Part shown: piece by piece, positions 37,201-45,495 of the stretch
Layout: the number at the start of each line of letters is the position of its first letter
Numbering within the stretch: the first letter of the stretch is position 1
DNA from: a virus
Virus record (IMG/VR): IMGVR_UViG_3300017770_000005
Location: 12,051 to 76,050 of that record
Length of the DNA: 64,000 nucleotides
Strand: one strand, 5' to 3'
Program-made: the position numbers and the translations under genes
Notes under the pieces: model-generated
The model's database searches: none
What the model saw: only the letters and a program-made list of their open reading frames with translations
Told to the model about the DNA's origin: nothing

Positions 37201-38460
37201 GAAGGTCTTGATGGTACTTATGGAAATCCTGGTGGTGATTTGAGAAACTGGGACATTAGTATTCCTGGTATTGCAAGAACAGATAATGTCTACTTTAGAT
37301 TGTATATGCCAAATAATAGTGGAACAATTTATGATAACTATGGTATTTTAAGTGTCTCATTTATTGATGAAGGCACGGAATATACTGATAGTACAGTTAC
37401 ATTAACACCCAATGCACTGGAGTCTAATCCATCGGGCATCACAACAGCAACAGCAAATGTTTGGATCAATAAAAATATAACCGATATTGAACTAACTGAT
37501 GGTGGTTCTGGATATGGTGGAACATATGCATTATCAATGTCAGGTGGAAATCCAACTTCACCAGGATCTGGTCAAGCAGTTGCAGATGGAAATTTATACT
37601 ATGATGGTTATGTTGGTATGGTGAGATACTATAAAGGTAGACCATTCATTCAAGATGAAGTCAATCAACATTATGAAGAGCAAATTGCAAGATTTGATCC
37701 AAGTAAGAAACCATCAATATCTTTTGGAAACTCAGATCCTAGTACCGATGCATCACTTGCTGATATAACTACAACTGGACTTGTAATGCACATTGATGGT
37801 CCAACTAAATTTGATACTGATTTAAGTGGTAATGGCAATGTACCAACTTATTATAGTGATAATCCATATAATGGACTATCATATCTTAATTTTCAAGGAA
37901 CTACCAATACTTCTGGTGGTGGATTACTTAGTGGTGTGAACATATCTGGAGGTTCCTTTGCAATGGAAGCATGGATTTATCTTCTAGGAGATCCTAATTC
38001 TGGCACAAATGGACAGATTGTATCTCAAGATGATGGTGGTAATGATGGGCAGGGATGGCAATGGAGAATAAGTGATGCTCCAGATTATCAACAAGATTTT
38101 GTATATTTTACTTCTTCATCAAGAGGTTCTGCAGTTGATCTCTCAGCAGCACCAACTCCAATTCCTTTAAATAAATGGAGTCACGTTGCAGTTACATATG
38201 ATGGAACTGATATTAGAATGTACTTGAATGGTGTTCAAGATTTTATCCACACACCAGCATCTTCACTTTATGCAAGCAGTACTCAGATAGGAATTGGAAG
38301 ATATGGTGGCACCGCTTTTGCTAGCAGTTATAGATTAAATGCTAGATATGGTGCTGTCCGTCTTTACAATCAGTTCTTAACTGGTGATCAAATCAAATCA
38401 CACTATGATTTACAAAAGTATCGTTTCATCCCTCAATCTCTCACTTTATCATACGAATAA
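34234..38460 (+). CDS. Subtilisin-family (S8) serine protease fused to LamG/ConA-like domains
   Basis: Catalytic triad VVIMDTG / HGSHVGGTAAG / GTSMAAPNVTG, oxyanion SAGN; two LamG domains (FTIELW...WNHVVLTR; FAMEAWIY...WSHVAVTYDG). Confidence 0.88.
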   Translation: MHTEVHSESGRVIVISDIADNESQSFTVAIRDPADWQEMHDYIINENDLDGIPNRRIDCTAEMPFSTKRAVYQISVEEAEVLRQHPKVEWVEESSTYNPTCLEQRKYDEKFDRHADKFRFKDTSIRHLRAAGTPGSDLDFTQWGLHRHGYKNDPFGSETNATADIKYQFTGKNVDVVIMDTGIRWDHPEFLKPGVTTFVDKNSTRVRDILIHGASEYGIDWEAEGLIPAGQSTYSNYTVANVLESSTFGNPGSWHGSHVGGTAAGNQFGAAFEANIWSIACVDRSDVGWAEPSDGFDYIKVWHKNKPINPETGKRNPTIVNCSWGHRQFIRTDLSSEATFRGVSYGDGGDFYRNEAYDAIYYLDYTTSVYKGFTTRRVSGQTIMNELLDDPDCQGVVFICSAGNSDHKQDTIGGIDYNNRFTSGSLYYSTAGYDSYFHRGGTPAVGHEGAADAVISVAALSEYYSNSQETLDSYTNRGPRTDISAAGGEILSPWDAGYDDPRDTSFHNNYLQGTSMAAPNVTGVLALYLQSRPDATRVDARNWLFDHGSIVAPLRDSEPDFTDSSYWGSSTALRNTIPRVLFNPFANNERVSIVPGVEQIIKENLVMELDGEKEEIVDNIWRDTSRNGSNNLATLDPGVDYFGDRYSYQFNGNAKASIANNSDFQSIGEFTIELWYNQHTHSLSNVYPTVIFGSWNALEVDDNEFAIYQQPDGTLTYELAGGSANSGITSTHQTTPQLNTWNHVVLTRTSNKIDFYLNKEKTTYQGIYSPNITCTLEARVGTDNSTGDFINRVTGISAGSGYETVPTVNVVNPGGATGATFVASLSTQGTFKRFEVTSGGSGYTYPPVVTLGGGMADVGATAAITAGVVTSISLDGIVYDTTNSDDIFQFGSGTSIASNGSGNGEQGGFDIGGTHLRFGDSDGGIRAVVVNPVDATDFDTIRIYAIRGDDFNGGELPEGDSGDESLRLSYNIGAGVTDSWTDAGIIIWHEGLDGTYGNPGGDLRNWDISIPGIARTDNVYFRLYMPNNSGTIYDNYGILSVSFIDEGTEYTDSTVTLTPNALESNPSGITTATANVWINKNITDIELTDGGSGYGGTYALSMSGGNPTSPGSGQAVADGNLYYDGYVGMVRYYKGRPFIQDEVNQHYEEQIARFDPSKKPSISFGNSDPSTDASLADITTTGLVMHIDGPTKFDTDLSGNGNVPTYYSDNPYNGLSYLNFQGTTNTSGGGLLSGVNISGGSFAMEAWIYLLGDPNSGTNGQIVSQDDGGNDGQGWQWRISDAPDYQQDFVYFTSSSRGSAVDLSAAPTPIPLNKWSHVAVTYDGTDIRMYLNGVQDFIHTPASSLYASSTQIGIGRYGGTAFASSYRLNARYGAVRLYNQFLTGDQIKSHYDLQKYRFIPQSLTLSYE

Positions 38461-38477
38461 ATAACTAAAAAAGACTT

Positions 38478-41087
38478 ATGGCCAATAAGGATTTTGGTGT
38501 AAAGAAGATAGAACTTATTGGTTCATCTGGCACCCCAAATTTAACTAGTCCAACTAACCTAAACTTAAACGCAAATACTGTTGCGATTAGTACGGATGTC
38601 ACGATCGGAGGTAAAGTTCAATCAGATGTCATTGTTGGTAGTGGATATTCAGTAGGTATTGGTAGTACACAACCACAGCAAGCACTTGATGTTAGTGGAA
38701 CAATTCGTGCTACTGCTTTTGTAACTCCTGATGGTCCCATTGGTGCTGGTGGAGGTGGTGGTGGTGTAACTGGTGTAACAATCAGAGAAGAAGGATCTGT
38801 CGTCGGTGTTGCAAATAGTATTACTGATATTGATTTTGTCAGTAGTAATTTAACAGCAACTGCATCTGGTGCTGATGCCACAATCACATTATCAGATACA
38901 CCATCATTCACTTCAGCAGTAGTAGGATCTGCAGTTAATATTAATTCTACTGGTGTCAATGTTGTTGGTACTGTAACTGCAACATCATTTTCTGGTGATG
39001 GTTCACAACTTACCAACATTGGTGCAGGAACAACTAGTGAATGGACTTTGGGTGCAAATGGTAGTAGTGATTATACATTCACTGGTCCTGGTCTAACTGG
39101 TGCAGAGAATGATCCCACACTCTACTTAGTAAGAGGTCAGTCATATAGATTTACTAATAACATGGGTGCTCACCCATTCAGAATTCAGAGCACTGTAAAC
39201 GGATCTACTGGAAGTCAATATAATGATGGTATCACAAATAATGATGTAAGCAACGGAACTCTAGTATGGGATGTTCAGTTTGATACTCCTGACACTCTAT
39301 ATTATCAGTGTACTGCTCATGGTGGTATGGGTGGTCCAATCTTTATTGTTGGAGAATCACCCAACAAAGAACTTACACAACTTACAGTCACTGGTGTTGC
39401 TACAATTACCAATGGTAGAATTCAATCGGGTGGAGCATCCAACCTAAGATTTGGTAACATTGCTGCTGGATCTGGTAGTGGTAGAAATATTGCAATTGGT
39501 GATCAGGTTCTAGGTTCACTCTCTAGTGGTAACGGTAGAAATATTGGTCTCGGTGAACTTTCACTTAATAATGTAAATTCTGGTGGATATAACATTGGTC
39601 TTGGTATCAAAGCAGGACAATTAATCACAAATGGTCAATATAATGTTGTTATTGGGGGATATGATGGTAACTCTGGTAATCTAGACATCAGAACTCTATC
39701 TAATCGAGTTATTATTGCTGACGGTGAAGGAAATATTAGACAATATATCAACAACTCTGGAAGAACTGGTATCAATACAACAGTTCTCACAGACATGCTA
39801 ACTGTTGGTGGTAGTGTTACTGCCACATCTTACTCTGGTGCTGCTTCTGGACTTACAGGATTGCCTGCTGGGCAACTCACAGGAGCACTACCTGCACTCG
39901 ATGGTTCTGCACTTACTGGTGTATCTGCTGTTGGATCTGGTATTGAAGTCAAGGATAGTGGTTCAGCAGTTGGTGCTGCTGCAACCATTGATTTCTCTAC
40001 TGGTTTAGATGTATCTCCAGTATCTGCTGGTGTTGTCACAATCACAGCATCTATTCCTGGTATCAGCACAACAGGAACTTCTGGTTTTAGTGATATTACT
40101 AGTACTGGTATTGATGTAACTGGACATACTGAGACTGATAGTTTAAGAGTTTCTGGTGTTTCTACATTCGATGATGTAAAAGCAACAAGGGTGTCTACTG
40201 GTGACGGTTTCAGTTCTGGATTGAAGGTTGGTGTAGGTGATGATCTTTCAATATATGAAACTAGTAGTGATGTTGGGATGAGCTATGGTGGTACTGGACT
40301 ACTATTTGTGCGTACTGGTGGAAACTATCAAATTGATAAAAATGGTTCAAAGAGAATTTATGCATACTCTTCTGGTGAAGTAGACCTTTATTATAACAAT
40401 TTCTTAAGACTTCAAACAACAACTAACGGAATTACTGTTTATGGTAATGTAACACTTTCTGGTTCTGGTTCAGAGTTTGTTGGTTCTGGTGCTGGTCTCA
40501 CAAGTATTCCTTCAGGTGAACTTACTGGTTCATTACCTGCTATTGATGGATCTGCACTACTCAACGTTAATGCAACTGGTGATGGTGTTGTTGTTGAAAA
40601 CAGTGGGTCAAACGTTGGTTCAGCAAAGACTATCAACTTTGATACTGGTCTAGATGTTAGTTACGGTTCTGGTATTGCTACTGTTACTGCATCTGGTGGT
40701 TCACTACAAAACAGAACAATAGTTTCTGCATCAACAACATCTATTGCAGACAATGCTGTAGGTCTTGTAACAGTTACTGGATTTAAGTCTTATGCACTGA
40801 TGAAAGTTGGTCTATCTACAGCAGGTTGGATTAGAATATATACTGATAGTGAATCTAGAACTGCTGATTCTAGTAGAAGTGTTGGGGAAGATCCAGCAGC
40901 AGGAAGTGGAGTTATTGCTGAAGTTGTAACGACAGGAATCTCTACTGAACAAAAAATCTCTCCATTCACAATGGGTGGAAACATGAATGATCCAGTTGAT
41001 GCCACGATTTATATGGCAGTCACAAATCTATCTGGAAGCACACAATCAATCAATGCAAATCTAACCATTCTTCAACTAGAGGCATAA
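38478..41087 (+). CDS. Tail fibre protein with a cupredoxin-like domain
   Basis: Fibre repeats (TATSFSGDGS, GQLTGALPALDGSAL in two copies); DPTLYLVRG..AHPF...LYYQCTAHGGM. Confidence 0.75.
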   Translation: MANKDFGVKKIELIGSSGTPNLTSPTNLNLNANTVAISTDVTIGGKVQSDVIVGSGYSVGIGSTQPQQALDVSGTIRATAFVTPDGPIGAGGGGGGVTGVTIREEGSVVGVANSITDIDFVSSNLTATASGADATITLSDTPSFTSAVVGSAVNINSTGVNVVGTVTATSFSGDGSQLTNIGAGTTSEWTLGANGSSDYTFTGPGLTGAENDPTLYLVRGQSYRFTNNMGAHPFRIQSTVNGSTGSQYNDGITNNDVSNGTLVWDVQFDTPDTLYYQCTAHGGMGGPIFIVGESPNKELTQLTVTGVATITNGRIQSGGASNLRFGNIAAGSGSGRNIAIGDQVLGSLSSGNGRNIGLGELSLNNVNSGGYNIGLGIKAGQLITNGQYNVVIGGYDGNSGNLDIRTLSNRVIIADGEGNIRQYINNSGRTGINTTVLTDMLTVGGSVTATSYSGAASGLTGLPAGQLTGALPALDGSALTGVSAVGSGIEVKDSGSAVGAAATIDFSTGLDVSPVSAGVVTITASIPGISTTGTSGFSDITSTGIDVTGHTETDSLRVSGVSTFDDVKATRVSTGDGFSSGLKVGVGDDLSIYETSSDVGMSYGGTGLLFVRTGGNYQIDKNGSKRIYAYSSGEVDLYYNNFLRLQTTTNGITVYGNVTLSGSGSEFVGSGAGLTSIPSGELTGSLPAIDGSALLNVNATGDGVVVENSGSNVGSAKTINFDTGLDVSYGSGIATVTASGGSLQNRTIVSASTTSIADNAVGLVTVTGFKSYALMKVGLSTAGWIRIYTDSESRTADSSRSVGEDPAAGSGVIAEVVTTGISTEQKISPFTMGGNMNDPVDATIYMAVTNLSGSTQSINANLTILQLEA

Positions 41088-41090
41088 TAA

Positions 41091-43043
41091 ATGGCAATTA
41101 CTACAAACACAGTTTCTATTGCAGGAACTTGGACAAAAGTAAATCACTTAGAACAACTTGGTGAAGCTCTTGAGTGGTTAGGTTGGCACAGTATTGCTGG
41201 TTCTGGATCTTCAGAAACGGGTAAAGTTTGTGGACTTCAAACATTTTATGGTGGTGGATCATTACCTAATGCAGATCCCAAACAACCAGAATATCAAGAT
41301 GTATTTCCTATAGCAACAACTGGTATTGGAACTGGAGCATCATTCTTGGTGCAAAGATGTCCACTCGACAACGACAACGGTTCAGGTGTCAGAGTTGTTG
41401 ATGCGATTATGGCTAATCGTCCTGGATACGGATATACTGGTGGAGAAGTTGTAACACTTTCTGCTGAAGATATTGGTGGTTCTTCAAATGGTGCAACAAA
41501 TATTACAATTCCAGTTGTTATTGAATCTGATATAACTGGTGGTAATTCTTATATTTGTACATTTACAGGATCCAGCCCTATGACCATGGAAGCATATGGT
41601 AGAAATGGATTTGTTTCTGGATCATGCACTAACACCTATGTTGAAATTCAAGAAGGTGACACTATAACCTTTGATAATAACACTGGTGCATGGAATATGG
41701 CACTTTGTTGGAGAAATCATCCAATCCAAAATAATTTATTTCATGAATATAGCAACGAAAACAGAGTTTTTAATGCCAATGTATTCAATAACGGAGGAAC
41801 GGGAACATTTACTCCAATCTCTGGTCAAGCAGGAAAGTATTTCTTACGTGAAGATAGCACAGATATTAGAGATATTGTCAATAATGATGTAGGTAATATA
41901 ATTGTAACTGCAGCAACTTCTGGTATTTCTACAGTTGGTTTTGGTACAACAAACAGTTGGTATCATGTTGACTATTCAAATACATCATACCCATGGGCAG
42001 TTTGGAGACAAAGTTTTGACGAGAATAAAAAGTTTGGTGCAACCTATAGATTATTTGGAATTAATAATAACTTCCTTGGCATTACTCAATGGGTTGGTAG
42101 TGGATGGCAACCTTCAACAAGATCGCAATATGTTTATTTCAGTGGTGGTCATGGATATGGTATGAGATTTGCTGGTGCAAATGGATTAGATAATGGTTAC
42201 GGAGGTCATATGTATGAGACATATGCTACATTTGAAAGTGGACTTACTGGAAATAATCTTACTGCCCATACAAATGCAGGTTTATCCCATGGTGGAACTG
42301 CAAACAAAGCCCTTGACTTAAACATTTATAGATCAGGAATTGATACCGATTTTGCAGTATTTTCATATTATGAACCAGATGTATCTGCAACAAGATGGGA
42401 CGGAAGAAGTGTCAATGCATGGTTCTTCCATAACTTCTCACAGAATGTTTGGGATCTAGATGAATGCTTTACATCTGGAACAACTTTTATTAGTCCTGGT
42501 TCACAAGGTGGTGTAAATCCATACATTCGTATCCAAACACAAGTTGGTGGAACTCACCGTGTAGGTTATGATGATAATCCTTCAAGACGTTCTGGTGAAT
42601 TTGGTTATTCATCTCTTGATAATGGTTATGATTTTAATAATTTTATTACTACTGATTACTATTCTGAGATAGTTCCAGCAAGATCTTCTGCTACCATCAA
42701 TCCTGCTGATGAAATGAGAATTTACCATAGATCAACAAATTCTTCATTAAATCAGAAAGATTTGAGTACTGGTTCAGGTGGAACAACAGGACAAGATACC
42801 GTAGGTGTTGATTTTAATCCAGTCATTAAAGGAATTCCAATTAGTGGTAAGATGGTTCCTTGTCCATATTATATTCCAGACGATTTTGTGTTGATTGATT
42901 TCTTCTATGCTTCCGATAACGAATTCATCGACCAGGGAGATACAATTACAATTAGTGGTAGTGAAGTATACACAATAATTGTTGCATCATATTATCAAGG
43001 ATCAGGAACAACAGGTATTGCATTCTGTGCGAGGACAACCTAA
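41091..43043 (+). CDS. Putative virion/receptor-binding protein, copy A
   Basis: Paralogue of 43302..45221 (shared VSIAGTWTK, NRPGYGYTGGE, PYYIPDDFV, QGDTITISGSEVYT, FCAR). Confidence 0.7.
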   Translation: MAITTNTVSIAGTWTKVNHLEQLGEALEWLGWHSIAGSGSSETGKVCGLQTFYGGGSLPNADPKQPEYQDVFPIATTGIGTGASFLVQRCPLDNDNGSGVRVVDAIMANRPGYGYTGGEVVTLSAEDIGGSSNGATNITIPVVIESDITGGNSYICTFTGSSPMTMEAYGRNGFVSGSCTNTYVEIQEGDTITFDNNTGAWNMALCWRNHPIQNNLFHEYSNENRVFNANVFNNGGTGTFTPISGQAGKYFLREDSTDIRDIVNNDVGNIIVTAATSGISTVGFGTTNSWYHVDYSNTSYPWAVWRQSFDENKKFGATYRLFGINNNFLGITQWVGSGWQPSTRSQYVYFSGGHGYGMRFAGANGLDNGYGGHMYETYATFESGLTGNNLTAHTNAGLSHGGTANKALDLNIYRSGIDTDFAVFSYYEPDVSATRWDGRSVNAWFFHNFSQNVWDLDECFTSGTTFISPGSQGGVNPYIRIQTQVGGTHRVGYDDNPSRRSGEFGYSSLDNGYDFNNFITTDYYSEIVPARSSATINPADEMRIYHRSTNSSLNQKDLSTGSGGTTGQDTVGVDFNPVIKGIPISGKMVPCPYYIPDDFVLIDFFYASDNEFIDQGDTITISGSEVYTIIVASYYQGSGTTGIAFCARTT

Positions 43044-43285
43044 TGGCAGACTATTCTTTTTCACATATAACCACACCATCACGAAGTATGTTCGATACTG
43101 TTACCAGATTTACAACTGGTAGCACTATTCGATCGGGAGATAGTCCTTTTTATATTACTACAACTAATGGTGGTATCCAATTAAGAGCATTTGATGTCAC
43201 ACATACATCTGGCACAATAAATGTCTTTAATAGTAGTCAAGATAGACCACCAAATGGTCAGATGTATCCTAGATTTAATAAATAA
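43043..43285 (+). CDS. Small partner protein, copy A
   Basis: TAATG-coupled to the upstream gene; MADYSF...GQMYPR. Confidence 0.7.
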   Translation: MADYSFSHITTPSRSMFDTVTRFTTGSTIRSGDSPFYITTTNGGIQLRAFDVTHTSGTINVFNSSQDRPPNGQMYPRFNK

Positions 43286-43301
43286 CTAAAAATAAAAACC
43301 A

Positions 43302-45221
43302 ATGGCAATATCCACACATACAGTATCTATTGCTGGAACATGGACAAAAGCAGATCTCATCAATCAGTGGGAAGATGCTTTTGAGTGGTTAGAATGGCAT
43401 GGTGATACAAAAACTGGATTAATTATTGGAATCTCTACATTTACTGGTGGAGATTATAGAGAGGGAACTAGTGATGCTGATCATTATGATGTTTTTGCAA
43501 AATCAACATCTGGAATTGGAACTGGTGCATCATTCTCTGTTGATTTAAGTAATGGTGGTATTAACCATGTTCGTGTTAATCGTCCTGGATACGGATACAC
43601 TGGTGGAGAAGAAATTACAATTGATGGGGCAGATATTGATAGAACTTCTGGTGTAGGAGATATTAGTTTTAAGGTTGCAATTGCATCAACTATTACCAAT
43701 GCAGTTTCATATGCAATAACTGCCACTGATTATTTTGTACTTTCTGGAACTGATAGAAATGGTGTAGTATCTGGAAAAGCAACCTCTATTACAATTAAAG
43801 AAGGTGATACTCTAAAGTTTGATAATAATATGAGTAACAGTAGTTATCGTTTAAATATTGTTTGGAATTGTGATGAACAATCTGGTACAAGTGTTGGAAG
43901 TACAAATAGGGTATTTAATGTTTATGGACAAAATGCAATTTATAATACTGGAGAAATGTTCTGGACTCCAGTTTCTGGGCAAGCAGGAACATATTTGGTG
44001 AGAGATGATAATGGTAATGAGGGTATAAGTGGTGTAGGTACAATTACAGTATTGCCCGCAAGTCCTTCAGATGTCACTGCACTTGGATATGGTAGCACAA
44101 CTACATTCTATGCAAAAAATACCACCAATGCATATCCATATGGTGTATTAAGACATGTAATTGCAGAAAACAAAAAGTTTGGTGATACTTATCGTGGATT
44201 TAGTTTTCGTGATACTACTAATATAGTTTTCAGTGTAGGTTCTGCATTTTCTCCACATAAACCTTGGGATTCCGATCACGGATCTTCTGCCAATGGAGGT
44301 TCTCAGTATCCCGAAAGGATGGCAGGAAATTCTTTCTTAGATACTTATCTTCAACCACAAAGTACCCAGGCAAGTTTAACGAATTCTTCTCATTATCAAT
44401 ATACTCAAAATGGATATACTGATGGTACTCGATTTCAAACTGGTGGAAATACAACAGAGCAATTAGATCTAAACATTTATAGATCCAGTTTAGATCCTAA
44501 GTTTGTTGTAATGTCATATAAAGCACCTACAGTATCAAGTACCAAACTTAGAGAAAATACTTTTGATACAATCATCTTCCACAACTTTACAAATGATAAT
44601 TTGTGGGATAATGATGATCTATTCTTAGGTGGGTATACACAAATTATCCCAAGTGCCGATTATACAAATGATAATTTACCATCGTTAGAATTCCGTACTA
44701 GTCTCACTGGTAATCATGACGATGGCAATAATAGATACCCATCTAAGAGAATGGCAGAATTTGGATATGAAGGTATTAAATTGAGTGGCACTGATCCATA
44801 TTATGTACAACAATATTGTAGTTATTATATTCAACCAACAAATAATTCTGCGGGTGGTAGTACACCAATGACTTTTGATCATGGGAGAGTATATTACAGA
44901 AATGCTTCAGATGATCCAGAAAGATCATGGGGTGGTACTTCTCAACAAGAATCTGGCAATCAATACGATAAAATTGGAGCAGGTGCAGATTTCAATGCTG
45001 TAGTCAAAGGTATTCCATTGAACGGAAACCTAATTCCAGTTCCGTATTATATTCCAGATGATTTTGTAATAATTAATTTCCATTATAGTAACCCAAATAC
45101 AAATATTTCTCAAGGTGATACAATCACCATCAGTGGTAGTGAAGTTTATACTGTAATCACTGGTTCTTATAACCAGGATACACACACTAGAGGTATTCTA
45201 TTCTGTGCGAGGTCAACCTAA
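43302..45221 (+). CDS. Putative virion/receptor-binding protein, copy B
   Basis: Paralogue of 41091..43043. Confidence 0.7.
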   Translation: MAISTHTVSIAGTWTKADLINQWEDAFEWLEWHGDTKTGLIIGISTFTGGDYREGTSDADHYDVFAKSTSGIGTGASFSVDLSNGGINHVRVNRPGYGYTGGEEITIDGADIDRTSGVGDISFKVAIASTITNAVSYAITATDYFVLSGTDRNGVVSGKATSITIKEGDTLKFDNNMSNSSYRLNIVWNCDEQSGTSVGSTNRVFNVYGQNAIYNTGEMFWTPVSGQAGTYLVRDDNGNEGISGVGTITVLPASPSDVTALGYGSTTTFYAKNTTNAYPYGVLRHVIAENKKFGDTYRGFSFRDTTNIVFSVGSAFSPHKPWDSDHGSSANGGSQYPERMAGNSFLDTYLQPQSTQASLTNSSHYQYTQNGYTDGTRFQTGGNTTEQLDLNIYRSSLDPKFVVMSYKAPTVSSTKLRENTFDTIIFHNFTNDNLWDNDDLFLGGYTQIIPSADYTNDNLPSLEFRTSLTGNHDDGNNRYPSKRMAEFGYEGIKLSGTDPYYVQQYCSYYIQPTNNSAGGSTPMTFDHGRVYYRNASDDPERSWGGTSQQESGNQYDKIGAGADFNAVVKGIPLNGNLIPVPYYIPDDFVIINFHYSNPNTNISQGDTITISGSEVYTVITGSYNQDTHTRGILFCARST

Positions 45222-45442
45222 TGGCAGACTGGTCTTTTCCATCACTTACTACAGTTAAAGTAGGATTTGTAACAACTACTGTACAGATTGGTAATAATAT
45301 TATTTCAGTAAATCCTGGAATAAGTTATAAAGATAACACCAACTTTGTCTTTACGAACATAAGTCCACAAGTACCTGGATTCTTGACTGGTCGTAGACTT
45401 GGAGTTGGTCAATTATATCCCAGAGGTGTATATAATAAATAG
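45221..45442 (+). CDS. Small partner protein, copy B
   Basis: TAATG-coupled; MADWSF...GQLYPRG. Confidence 0.7.
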   Translation: MADWSFPSLTTVKVGFVTTTVQIGNNIISVNPGISYKDNTNFVFTNISPQVPGFLTGRRLGVGQLYPRGVYNK

Positions 45443-45495
45443 CAGATTATTAAAAACTAAATACTCTTAAGAGATCCACCTAGCTAAAGAAATAG

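Noticed and set aside
41091-45442. Diversity-generating retroelement (template/variable repeat pair)
   Set aside because: No reverse transcriptase in the window, and the differences between copies are not adenine-specific
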